Of a stretch of DNA of 64,000 bases, positions 15,001 through 28,557 are shown one piece after another. This stretch comes from Proteromonas lacertae (taxonomy: Eukaryota): positions 496,001-560,000 of the forward strand of contig NGBS01000001.1 of assembly GCA_002245135.1 (NCBI GenBank). The letters are read 5' to 3'. A program made the translations under genes and the position numbers. The stretch's first letter is position 1; each line of letters begins with the position of its first letter. The notes below the pieces were generated by a model. It searched no databases and was not told where the DNA came from. It worked only from the letters and a program-made list of their open reading frames with translations.

Positions 15001-18000
15001 ACTTCAATAGTTGTGGTGGTTCTACAAAATCAGTGAATGTCACTCTAATGATTTGATTATAGAAATCATAATCACAAGATACTTTAACATTTTCTAATGT
15101 TTTTATTTTATGTAATTCATTTTCAATTTCTAATTGTCCATTTCCATACAATAGTTTATCAGTTTCTTTATCACCATATACTATTCTAAAGTAATTTTCA
15201 TTCTTATAATCATTAATTGTATATTCTTGTATTTCTACAGATGTATTTCTTAGAATAACAACATTATAATCTCCACTGATTGTCAAATTAGCTTCAACAT
15301 GATATAAACCATCATTAACATAAGAAACATTGCCTTTTACAGCATCACATAAACCTTCATAATGAGTAAAATATACAGTATATAAGTCACTATATTGTTT
15401 ATCCAATCTATTATTACCCATATGATCTTTAGATTGAATATCAAATCTAATTATTTCACCAGCAATACCATCTTTTAATCCATCACCTTTTGCATAACTC
15501 ATTTCATCATCTGTTGCTGATGGATCTACTGTTAATTGATATGGACTTCCTAATATTGGTTTATTGTTATTATAAATATTAACCAAATAATCACCTCTAA
15601 TCTTTGGATAAACTGTTACTTTATATTCTCCAGTGTGATTACTGACTCTATAAACACTTTCATCTGTGAAATTACCTGATTTAAATGGAGAAATTAAACC
15701 CAATTTCTTATCACTAAATGTCTCATTGTAAGATACTTCAACTATTTCATTATGAATTGATAAATAATCACCACGATTTATTTTATCCATATTATCACGA
15801 TCATTAATTGTAATGAATATACTTCCTTGAGATGTTGATACACAATCTTCACATATCAATTCATAATCTAATGATTCAATATCATTATCCATTATTATGG
15901 GTGTTTTTGTTATAACATCATCTATTCTACCTTCACCAGCCCAACCATTATTACCAACTATTTCAATTGTAAAGTTATTATATCCAGCATTTCTTAATAT
16001 ATTACCATTACTATCTCTTGATGTAATAACAAACTCAGACTCTTCTTCAGATATGCCATAATTCAATCCTTCACCACTTGCATATGTATAAATTGTGTCA
16101 ATCTCTCCTGGCAGAATAGTTATTTCATATGGAGTATTCTTTATATATCTTCTATAATACAAATTATTACTTGGTATGATGGTCTTATTCATTCTCTTAC
16201 TACTCCAATATAACTTTATATATGACAATTGTTCTTTCTCTTGATATTGTAATTTCAATTTGTAGAATTCTTTAGATTGTAATTTAACTGTATAACTATC
16301 TTCATCTTCATTATTATCATTCCATTTATTTATTACTAATTCATCATTCAAATACAATCTATATCTTTCATCACCTTCAACAGTTAATGTATAACTGTCA
16401 GTATAATCTGGAACAATATAACCATCAAATTGAAGAGAATAATAATCAACTTTAACTGTATTTAATGGACTTGAATAATTGTAATCACCATTTATATTTG
16501 ATAAAATGGAAGTTGATTCACAATTCATATAATAAGGACAATGATAAACATTACCAAATATTGGTTCAGTTAAATCTACTTGTTTATAAGCTGTAAATAA
16601 AACACCTCCTTGTTTATAATAATAGATTGATAATTCATAATTACCTGCTATTTTTGGTAAATATTCAACATCATATTTACCATTAGAATCATATTTAATT
16701 GTTGAATTAACAACTTGTGTAATATTTGAACTAAATCCTTTTCCTTTTAATTCAATTTCAAAATGATTCCATTCATTATCTATTTCATTTGTATATAATG
16801 TATCATATTTATTATATGTATAAATATTAAATGATTCAACTACACCTTCATATGCTACTCCTCTTGCTGTGTGTTTTGTATAAACTGCATCTATTTCATC
16901 TAATACATGACTAACATTAAACAATTCTAATGGAGTGCCAATTGATTTCATTCCTTTATTATTATTGTCATATTTCACTTCAATTGTAAAATCACCTGGA
17001 TAATAGGATGTATATTCAACTTTAAATAATCCATCTGTTGTTGTGATTGGTTTTACAGTGATAGTTGAATCTTGAATTGTATTTATTGTTACTGATCCTC
17101 TGAATACTTTATTTGGGAAAATTTGAATTGGTTTGTAATGAACAACACCAGGAATATGAATCTTAAACGATACTTCATTTTCATCACATATGCCAGTATT
17201 TCCATTATTTCCTTCAATTGTAGCTGTTGTGAAATGCTTGTTAATCATTGATTTAAACTCATCTATAGTAATATTTGAGAAGAATTCATATTTGTTATTC
17301 AAATCAACTGAAAGATATAATAAATTATAATAAAACTCTTTATCATGTTTACATTTCCATTCTAATATTTGTTCATTGTTATGAATTGTATATTCAATAT
17401 CATCATATTCATCATTATTAACTCTTGTTAATTTAATATCAAAATCATTAACAGTGTTTAATATTGGATAATTATTACTTTGAGTTCCTTTCTTTATTAC
17501 TTCATAAGCAACATCAACATAGGCATCATTATTAAACACACTAATACTAGCTGTAAGTATATAATTTGGTTTATCTGCTAATGTTTTTACATCATAAATA
17601 CTATCAATTGTTATTGTATAATACGCATTGAATGGTTGATTTTCACCATTTATATTGTATAATTTACCAATTCTGTCTCTTTCAACTTTAACATCTCTTA
17701 CATATGATATTGTATTCTTTATAAATGATTCTATTTCTTTAGTATTACTATAAGTATAAAAGTTGGGTGATATTGTATTATCTATTTTGATTTGGAATGG
17801 TGATTCTATTGGTAATTGATGGTTTATTGACTTTACACTCACATCTTCACATGTTGATTGACTAATAAAGAAATTTTCAAATTCTACTTTCAAATCAGTA
17901 AGTTTAAATTCATTTTTATTTGAGAATAATGCACTACTATTTCCTTGTGATGCAACTTTACCAAATACATCAAAATTACTCAATGTTGTATCTTCATCAA

Positions 18001-21000
18001 CTGTTAGTGATATATTACCCATACTAATAACAAAAGTATCATTTTCACCACATTTTGTACAATCAATCTCAAATGAATTAAACTCATAATTCTGAATAGA
18101 TCTTGCAGTCTTAATACTATTAAAATCAATAACTGAAAATGTTTCAACAAACGGTTCATGTTGATCTACTAATTGGATATAAAACACATCATTTTCACCA
18201 ACTACATTCTTTACTAAACCATCACCATAAACATAAGTATCTTTTTGATATATTTCGTTATTATCAATGAATAATTCATAGGGACTTTGATATAATTCAT
18301 TATTATGTATATAAATAGATATATTATAATATCCTTTTTCATATAATACATATGGAATAACATAATCTCCATTACCAAACTGTGGAGTAATTGTTACAAC
18401 ATCATCACCTTCTGTAATTTCTATTATATCATTATACCAACCAAATCCACGATTTTCACTGTAGATAATATAATATTCTAATTCACTATTACCTTTTAAT
18501 ACTTTGACTGGATGTATTTTACTCAATACAATTTGTAATGATTCTGGAGATACAGTCAATGGTATATTTTCAATCAATTGTTTATCAAAACTAATACTGA
18601 AATATTTCACATTACTTAAAGATGATTTGATTTGTAATAAATACACTCCACTTGTATATTCTCTTACAATTTCATTATTACTATTTCTAATAACAACTTC
18701 AAAAATATCATCATTACCATTAGTACAAGATTTGAATGATTCTTCTAATTCAGTACAATTATATTTACCATCACGTTTATTATTATAAAAATCATATGAA
18801 TGAATGGTGAAAAATGATAAAGCATGAGATATTGATGAAGTTAATTCACTTCCATCAGCATATGAATATTTCAAATTCACTCTATTTGGATATACATTCA
18901 ATGTATGTTTTACACTATCATTATTACCATGAATCAATATTTGATCTCTATTATTCAACAATATAATAACTCTATGAGGTCCAGCTATGATTGGTGTAAA
19001 TGTAACTAAATAAGTTGCATTATTATAGTCATAAACATGAGCTCTTTTTACTACATTTGGTTTGTCTTCAGATACAATAGTAATATTAAATATATCACCT
19101 CCATTCCATTTAATATTATTATATATATCATAGGATGTTATTGTGAATCTACTTTCTTCACCAGCAATTCCTTCATCCAAACCATATCCTTCAGCATTTG
19201 TATAATAAAATGAAGTTGGACCTGGATAGGCTATGATTGTGAATGGACTGCATTTATTATATTTACCTTTACCACAATAGATGTTTACTCCTTTATACAA
19301 TATTGTTATTGTATAACTACCAGATACTTCCACTAAATATGTTACTTTATATTGTCCATTACCAATATATACAGGAATTGGATTGACTGTAAATAAACCA
19401 TCCATGTGTGCAACTGTTACATTGTATTCTATATCATAATTAACATCATGATTATAAGTAATGTTATTACCAGCAGCATCTTTTGATTGGATTATAAACT
19501 CAGATGGAATACCAACAACAGTTTCTTTTAATCCATCACCATAAGCATTTACAGTTTTATAATCATTTTTACCAGTTACTACATCAATCTCATATGGTGA
19601 ATTTGATATTTCATTTGCTTGGTATAATACATTGGAAGGTATTATTTCTTTATCAATTAAATCATGACTCCAATACAAATGAATATAAGCACTTTCTGTT
19701 ATTTGTCTATACTCCACTTTTATATCATAATAAGTATTTTCTTTAGCTACAACATCAGCATAACCTTCATTATCTGGAATATTCCAATTATCAATAATTA
19801 ATGTATGATTGAAGTATAATCTAAATCCATCATTTGCAATACCATATAATCTATAAACACCTTTAAATGGAGTGAATAATTTACCTTCCCATCTTATAGT
19901 AACATAATCATGATATGTTTTAGATATTGATTCATCATTATTCCACACAAAGTCAATTGTTGAATCGATTCTTACGATTGATGGTTCTTCAGCAAGCCAT
20001 TGATTGTCATAATATTTACCAACTAAACCACCTTGGGTTAAATGTTTTATATTTAATTCATATTTACCTACTTCATTAGTTTTATATTCACCTATATAAT
20101 TTGGAAAACCATTTCTTATAGTTTCTACATACAACTTTGGTTCTGTTCCATTTAATGAATAATTCAAACCAACTTGTTCAAGACTAACATTGCAATATAC
20201 ACCATAATTTTGATCAATTGTACCTGTCATTAATGAACCATCACATTCTACTTCATTCACATCTGGTGGATCAATAAATGTAATATCCCAAGTATAAGTC
20301 TTATCACCAACTGGTTCACTTCTATTAACATGAACAGTATTAATTCCATCTAATAATTCGATTGTTTTTACCAATGTAATTTCATCAGCATCATAAGGAA
20401 TTGGTTGTGTCTTTTGTCCTTTAATTACAAGTGAATAATAACCTCTTAATGGGAAAGGATCTCCACCATATGTGTTAACTCTTACAACACTATAAACAAT
20501 TGGCTTTACCCATAAATAATCAACATCACCAATGGTTGTATTGAATGTTATAACCCATTGTTTACCATTGTCAAAATCAATTGCATCTACTTCTACATCT
20601 GTGAATGGAACTAAATACGTTAATACTTCACGTAATTCATCAGCTGAACAATCCCAATCTAATGGTATTCTGTTAGTTTCTTTGTCATATCCTATTGAGA
20701 ATTGTCCACTTCTATTGTTTTGATCATCAAATGTTAATGATATTACTTGTACTTCATTCAATCTACTTGTTTCTATTCTTGTAACATTACAAAATTTAGT
20801 TGAAGATTCAAGTTCAAATTTATCGACAGAGAAATACCAACTGAAGAATTTGAATTCAAAGCCTTTTGGATTATTCAATATATTCACATCAATCATTCCT
20901 GTTCCATTTAATAATCCAATATTATGATAAATAACATCTAAACCATCAGAATACTTGAATAATTCTGTTGTTTCATTATCATATCTAATCTTATATTCAG

Positions 21001-24000
21001 TACTATCATCATCATTATCTTCACATTGTGAGATATTAAATACTATTGAATAATACATAATTGGTGTATATTTAGCTACTTCTTCATCATGTACAAACAC
21101 TTTATTATTATTATCTATTCTATATAATTCTGGTAAAAATATATCACCATTTCCAAATCCTTCTGGAACTGTTAAATCTGTTATTATCTCACCATCATTC
21201 TTATATGGATGAATAATGAATGTATTGGATGTTCCTTTAATATATTCATCAGTATAATATTCACTATCAATATTTTCATCTAATCTGAATATGATTGGTG
21301 GAAAATCACCTTCATTTTCAAATTTAATATACCACACAATCACTGAATCATAATAATGTGGAACTATTATAACTTCACCAATTGAAACACCATTATACAT
21401 CTTTAAACTACCAATCACTTCTTCAAACTCTAAAATATTCATATTCTCAGGTTCATAATAGATTAATACAGAATCAGTTGAATTATAAACATGAATAGTC
21501 ATATTTCCTTCAGTTATATTTCTTTCAATTGTTAATATTTGTATTTCATGTAATGTGTCAGTAATACCTTGTGTTAATGCTGCTCCAGTAGCATAAGTTG
21601 TATTTGTACTAATACTCAATTTTCTAATATAGACAGTTGTACTTAAGGACGATTTTCCTACTCCTTCATTATTAAATGCTCTAATTAAAAATGCATATCT
21701 GTTGAATGGAATTAAATTAGAAATTGTTGTTTTGTATGTAAATGCATCATCTTTTGATCTATAAACAATCTTGCCAACTGGACCATCTTGTATTTCTATT
21801 ACCTCTATCTCAGCTTCTAAATATGGTAATAACCTACCAGAAGTAACTTCTAATTTTCTCAAGTTACCTAAAAATGGTGAAAATGTAATAATATAATCAT
21901 ATTCAGACGAATTAGTCACTACTATTGGTCCAAACTCATTTAATTCTTCTAAAGCTAATTTAACATCATCACAAGTAGAACCATATATTATATCTTCAGT
22001 ATATTTATCATTATATTTTATTCTAAATGATCCACCTTCCACTTCCTTCAATACAATAGCTTGAATCTCAGGCTTGACTGGTTCATGATCAAAGAAATTC
22101 TGTCCTTTTGTCCCACTGATCATATATATTTCATATCCAATAACTGGAGATCCATTAAAATCAAAAGGTTTTTCCCATGCTAATGTAACTGAAGAATCAT
22201 TCATATCAACCACTACTGGTTTCTTTGGTGCTTCTGGAACTATTACCATATGAACCATTAATGGTGAACTTGGAATACTTTCACCAAAATCATTTATAGC
22301 AACTACTGTGATGATATATGTATGACTTTCAGTTAGATCTGATATCTTAACTCTTGTAAAATGACTATCTTCATAATCCACATAAATACTCTTTAATATT
22401 TGATCATTTTGGTCTTTATAATCAACTCTATACTCAGTTATTTCACTACCACCATTCATTGGTTCTTCAAACTTAATAATTACATAAGAATCATTGTCTT
22501 TTCTTGTACCTAAATCAATTCTACTGATTATTGGTGTATTTATTCTATCAGGTACAATTGGATATCTTGCTATATATCTCATTACTTCACTAAATTCACT
22601 AACTCCTTGGTTATTTCTTTCTCTTACTTTAAATCCATAAGATCGATTATTCTTCAACTGTTTAACAGCAAATGCTGTTGTATTACATTCATCTGTTCCT
22701 CTTGTATCACCAATTATTTTCCATTTATCATCAATCATTGGATCATTCATAAATATTTCATAACTAATGCATTCTGTATTTCCATGTTCTAATGGTTTTA
22801 TCCATGATATTGTAATAGAATCTGCTGTTGTTGAAACTAAATATGGTTTGGATGGTGGACTTGATACTGTTGATAATACAGATATAATTGGAGCAAATAG
22901 TTTATTAGGAACACTTACTCTATGTAAATAAGGTTCATCAGCTGATCTTGAAATAGTGAAAATCTGTAAAAATGTCATATTTGTTCTGTTATTAATAACA
23001 TATGAATATCTATTAATATCTCTGTCTGATGGTAGATAATCATTATCATTGTTTCTTTCACCATATAAATGTTTATAATCGAAATAACTTTCATCATCAC
23101 CTTCACCTACTTGTATTAATTCTGTTTCATATTTAATATCTTTATTAGCATTTGCAACTGTAAACATATCATCACTTTTACCATTATTATTACAAACCAG
23201 TTTATCTAAACCATAATCTTTACATCCTGTGAATGTAATATACCAAATATAGCCATTCTCTAATGTATTACGATTTATACTGAAATGACCTAAATTAGTA
23301 AACTTTAACAACTCTTTTTCCATATCTTCAGCTGTTATATCCCAAGGCATATGATCAGTTTCATTATTAAGATATTTCAATGTAAATTGTTCATTGGATG
23401 ATACTGTTGGTTCTGTTACAGTTGTTAATGATATTTCACCATTAAAATCTTCAATTGTGTAATTCAAAGGTGTAAATGAATGTGGCATGAATGAAGGAAA
23501 CTCTCCAGTAAATTTCATAAATGTAATTAACCATTGAGATTCACCATTTGAATTTAATAATGATTTAGAAACACTCACTTCTTCAACAGATGGTAAATCT
23601 TCTTCTAATACTGTTTTCAATTCATCAGCTTCTGCAAAACAGTTAATAGATCTTGTAGTATAACCATCATAACTAAATGTAAAATTACCTTCTAAATGTG
23701 AACCAGATTGTGAATCATTTGCAATACAATCTTCATTGATTATTCCATCATGACAAACCACTATTCTTACATCACTACTTCCACTTAAATATGATTCAAA
23801 TGTTAATGCTGGTATATTTCCATACAAAGCTCTTCCTTTAAATGTAATTTTGTAACTATGTTCGACAAATGCAACATTTGATACATCTTCAACTTCTACA
23901 TATCCATCATCTGCACCAACTGAATAATCACCATTTTTAATAGATGTTAATCTATCAAGATAATATTTCAATGTCTTAGCTTCAGCTGTATAATCAATTT

Positions 24001-26812
24001 CTGGGATATATTCGTTGTTATATCCTAATTTGAATGATCCATACATATTACCTTTTGCTTCTGTCAATATTCTGGAGTATATTGTTGATGAACTACCTTC
24101 TAACTTTGTAGTATCAAACTTCAATATTTTACCTTTAGGTAAAAATGGTTCTAAAAAGTTAAATGTGATTATAAATGGAATATAAGGACCATCAAAGCAA
24201 ATATGTGTCTGAACATCATCAGGAACAAATGAAATATTAGCAGTTAAATTTCTATGCTGTAATGTTTGATCTAAAATAATCTTAAAGTCATTAATTGATA
24301 TATTGTGTGGTATTTCTGGTGAAATATAACCTTCAAATTCAAATGTAAAAGTACCATCAACTGCATCACAATAATACTCTTCCACTTGTGATGTTCTATT
24401 GGTATAACCACCTAACAATTTAACAGTTTGAATCTCTTCTTTTTCATCAATAATTGTTGTTAAATTAACAGTGTATTTATTCATCTCATATACTGCTTTA
24501 ACTGATTGTAATTGATTCAAAAATGGTTTATTAGAATATTGAATTCTATATGCAGTTATTGTATTACCACCATCATATTCTGGATCTGTCCATTCCACTT
24601 TTAATTCATTATTACCAATTGATTTTACTTTAACATTCTCTGGTGGTGATGGATATTGATAATTAGTAGTAACACATGTTGGATATGAATAAATCCAATC
24701 ACTGAATGTGTCATTATCATATTCAAATTGAATTCTAATACAATATTTCTTATTATTCAACAATGATTTAAATATTGTCTTTTGTTGAGTGATTTGATTG
24801 GTTATTGAATAAAGGGGTTGATGATCTGGTTCTGGATATATAAATGGAGGTAATCCTCTTATTTCTTCCACAATTTTCACTGTTGTTTTTGCACCAATCA
24901 AATTTGTTCCATCAAATTGCAAATCTTCAATATCTCCAATGTTTTCTAAGAATGTAATAAACCATTTACATCCATTATTATATTCATGATATTCTCTTTT
25001 TACTTCAACTTTACCAATTCCTTCTAATTTCATTAATGCTTGAGCTACAGTATAATCACTAGCATTGTATGGAATATCGAATGTTCTTTTTCCTTTGTAT
25101 ATTAAATTGAATGTTCCATCAACAACTGGTGAATCTCCTTTTGATATTCGTTCAAATACAATATCACCATTGTTACTACTATTGTCCTGTAATAATCTAC
25201 TAGTTGTTGTCGTTTCATTATCTGAATTGGTGTTATTATTTATCATTCTTAACAATGGAACTGTAGCAGCATTATCTAAGAATAAAATAGTCAAATTGAA
25301 TGATTCTTCACCCATTTCACATGTACAATTAATAGTACCAATTATCTCACTTACATTCTTCATCATCTCTACAATTATTGCTTCACATTCTTTACTACTA
25401 ATTGTATTATTAATTGAGAATATAGCTGTTTCATATTTATTACTATCTGTTGTATTCTTATCTGTTAATATTCTTTCATCATATTCAATTACAACTTTAT
25501 ATTCACCATAAGTGACATTACTTGCTGATTGTATTTCTTGAGGATATCCTTTAACAAACTCTCTAATATTAACAACTCCATTCACTAATGAACTTGAATC
25601 AATAGTTGGCTCAGTTATTTCAACTGAACTTAATACATTCACTTTCCAAGTATATTCTCCATAAGGAGTTGATTCTGATCTAATTACATTCACATAGCCA
25701 TAACTATCAAATAATAACTCTTCTAAATCACTACTACTAATATCATATGATATTGTAATATTATTTAGTATAAATTCACCTGATATAATTGTACCATTAC
25801 TATATTTAACATATTCATCATTATCACATTCTTCATCTTCATTATTACTAGTAGCTGAACATACAATGAGTGTAGTATTACTTGGAAATGATGTAATTAC
25901 ATTCAACGTATCTCTATAATTAGATGATTTTTCATAAGGTATGAATGATATTACAATATACTCCAATTTATCATGAAATGTGATATTAACTTCAACATCA
26001 TCAATTGATGGTAATTCTTTCAATGCATTTCTTATCTCTTCACTTGTAGAATAAGGTGTTAATACTGGAGATAATATCCTATTATTATTATTATCAACAA
26101 ATTGAAATGAACCAATTAACTCATCAGCTTCATTGATTACTTTCAACCATAAATCCTCCTGAGGTGGTAAATAATAACCATGTATTATGATTTCTACATC
26201 ATTTCCAGATTTTTGTGTATGTGTTAATAAATAGGTATATCCATTTACTGTATTATTCACTATTTCTACACCTTCTAATGTGTTATTACAATATACATTG
26301 ATTTTGTTCAATAATTCTTCTTCTGATATATGTAGCTTAAATCTTGGAGTATAATGTGATACACCTTCCCATATACAATTTAATGAAAAATAATATTCAT
26401 ATTCATATCCTTCATCGTCATCATTAATCTCATTCTCCTCAATTTCTTGATCATTATCCATTATTATTGGTGTATATGATGAAAACTCTAAGCCAATTAC
26501 TCTTGATGTATTTCCTGGATTTAATACTATTGTTTGTACTTCAGGATTATAATCATTAGATTTAGTTGAAATAGTAAACGAAGCACAAGCTGTTCCATCA
26601 ATTGTAGTTTCCACACTTTGTACTTCATACAATGGTTGACTATCATCTAACTGAACTGTATAAGATTTTGCACTAGAAGTAATGTAATCTGGAACTTGAG
26701 CTTCAACGATAATTTCATGAGGACTTAAAACATTAACTTGAAATATATTCTCGTTAGCTTTGGCTCTGCTAAAACTAAAGGCTAAAAAGAAGATTAATAA
26801 AAATCTGCACAT
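1..26812 (-). CDS. Giant secreted/surface 'titin-like' protein (>8,900 aa, 3' end outside window): signal peptide, many FN3 domains, 3 PA14 domains, filamin-like repeats and a recurring EIQ...GxFxLxY...IxYNAS repeat; 7 internal +1 frame breaks
   Basis: ATG 26812 gives MCRFLLIFFLAFSFSRAKA. Motifs: FN3 (WxxP..GGxxI..Y; LxPGxxYxxRVxAxN), PA14 (GGLVGKYYDN..RIDSTIDF..IRWEG) and filamin (AYGDGL..VG..F.I.S.D..GN). ORFs 10004-26860, 9913-10005 (31 codons), 8301-9893, 7565-8197, 6625-7539, 6258-6596, 3506-6346 and an open frame from about 3528 to base 1 join by +1 shifts. Confidence 0.85.
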
Positions 26813-27120
26813 GTAGACTGATTTCTTCGTTATTAATCTATTAAATATACAATAAAGCATGTTAATAATATAAGTAGATTTTTAAGATGATAAAGTAAAA
26901 AAGAAAAGACAGATTAGATCTTAATGAGCAAGAATTATGGTCTCTGAGTAGAGAATCCTGATATATAAGGTTATAATGTATATACTGATTTAAAAATAAT
27001 CTCTGTGTTGAGAAAAGCAGCCTCAACGTAATATAATCTTCAAGCCACAAAATTTCTGCTTGATTTGAGTGTTTGACTTGCCTGTTTTCAAGCCACATTT
27101 ATCATTTTTGGTTTTTTCAC

Positions 27121-28034
27121 ATGCTTCGAATCCCTTTAAGAGCTTGCAGTAAGTTGAGTCGTGCTGGTCAGTTTGGTTTGCAATGTGGTATGCTAAATGT
27201 ATTGTAACATTTTAGGATTAAGATCAATACCAAAAGCTTTCGTATCAAATTTGGTTTATGATAAACAACCACAAGAAATAGTAACACCAGAAGGGTATGA
27301 AATTCCAGATTACATGAAGCAAATCTATGATATCTGGTATGTCAGACCAAATCGTGTCAAATTACTTGATAGACAAATAGTAGTACAAACTATCTTATTT
27401 GGATATTTTGGAACCTTGTGTCGTATGTTGATAGACGAATTAGTACCTGGTAATAACGTACTTCAATTAGGTAGTACCTATGGTAAATTAACACCAGAAG
27501 TTGCTAAATTCTTAGGTCCAAAAGGTGAATATCACGTAGAAGATATTTTACCAATTCAAGTAGCTAGTTGTAACAGAAAGATGTCTCAATATCCAGTAAA
27601 AGGAGGATGTATACTAAACGATGCTGCTAATGATCCAGGTGATCAAGAAAATATGTTTGATGCAGTGTATTAATTGTATTTATTATAAATTATAGAACAT
27701 CTTACATGTTATTCCACGAAATTACCGATGATAGAAAAACAAAAGTCATTAACAGAATGATGAAGAGTGTAAAACCTGGAGGCAAAGTAATTTGCATTGA
27801 ATACCATATGCCATACAAGTGGAGGTATATTTTAGTAATTATTATCTATCTTATAGTCCATTACGTCCATGGATGAAATTCATCTGGTGGTGGTTAGAAC
27901 CACTTGCCTTTGGTTGTTTAAATAGAGAATTATATGAAATGGGTGATCCAGAATTAGCCAAACAATTCACATGGAGAAAAGAATTGAGATGTCAGGGATT
28001 ATACCAAAAGTTAGTTGGTATTAAGAAAATCTAA
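27121..28034 (+). CDS. rquA: Rhodoquinone biosynthesis protein RquA with Arg-rich mitochondrial targeting peptide; 3 introns
   Basis: Spliced: MLRIPLRACSKLSRAG...IPDYMKQIYDIWYVRP..LLDRQIVVQTILFG..PGNNVLQLGSTYG..DILPIQV..MLFHEI..KPGGKV..EYH..WLEPLA..GLYQKLV, the RquA family pattern. Confidence 0.85.
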
Positions 28035-28189
28035 AAATGAAGTGTAAATCTTCTTATTTTATATTGGTCATTGATTTTTTTTTTTTTATTGTGATATTAT
28101 TAAACAAAAATATAATTTTTAACGCAAAGAATAGAATGTAGAAGTAATATTATTTCGATATAAAAGCAATAATATAATAAAAATTTAAA

Positions 28190-28347
28190 CTCTGCTTTCA
28201 TCAATATTTGTACCATCAAAAAATGCCTCTACTTTTTGTTATTTTTTAGCAGATGGTTTTCGTAGTGCAATTTAAAAAACTATAGCGCTAAAAATATATC
28301 AATCACCTTTATATTTTTATTTGTAACTATTGCTTTATTGGTATTAT
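28190..28347 (-). ncRNA. Candidate divergent U1-like snRNA (speculative)
   Basis: Hairpin 28243-28294 with loop AUUGCACUAC, Sm-like AUUUUUUG at 28224-28217, and AUAAUACC at 28347-28340. Stem-loop I, stem-loop III and helix H are not convincing. Confidence 0.2.
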
Positions 28348-28557
28348 TCGTTCTTGCTGGATTGTGAAATTAAAATTCTAACTGTTCAATATTGTCCACC
28401 ATAACAAATATCTTATATATTATCAATTTATTAAGTTTATCTTTTAAAATTTGTAAAGAGTCAGTCTATAAAACGATTAATAAATTTGAACAAATTGGAA
28501 AAGGCGAGCCAAGTTTTTTGAATCATCAGATTTATTAATTCATCGAATACACATAAT

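Noticed and set aside
2145..25511. Short plus-strand ORFs opposite the giant gene (and antisense ORFs over other genes)
   Set aside because: Shadow ORFs with no recognisable motifs.
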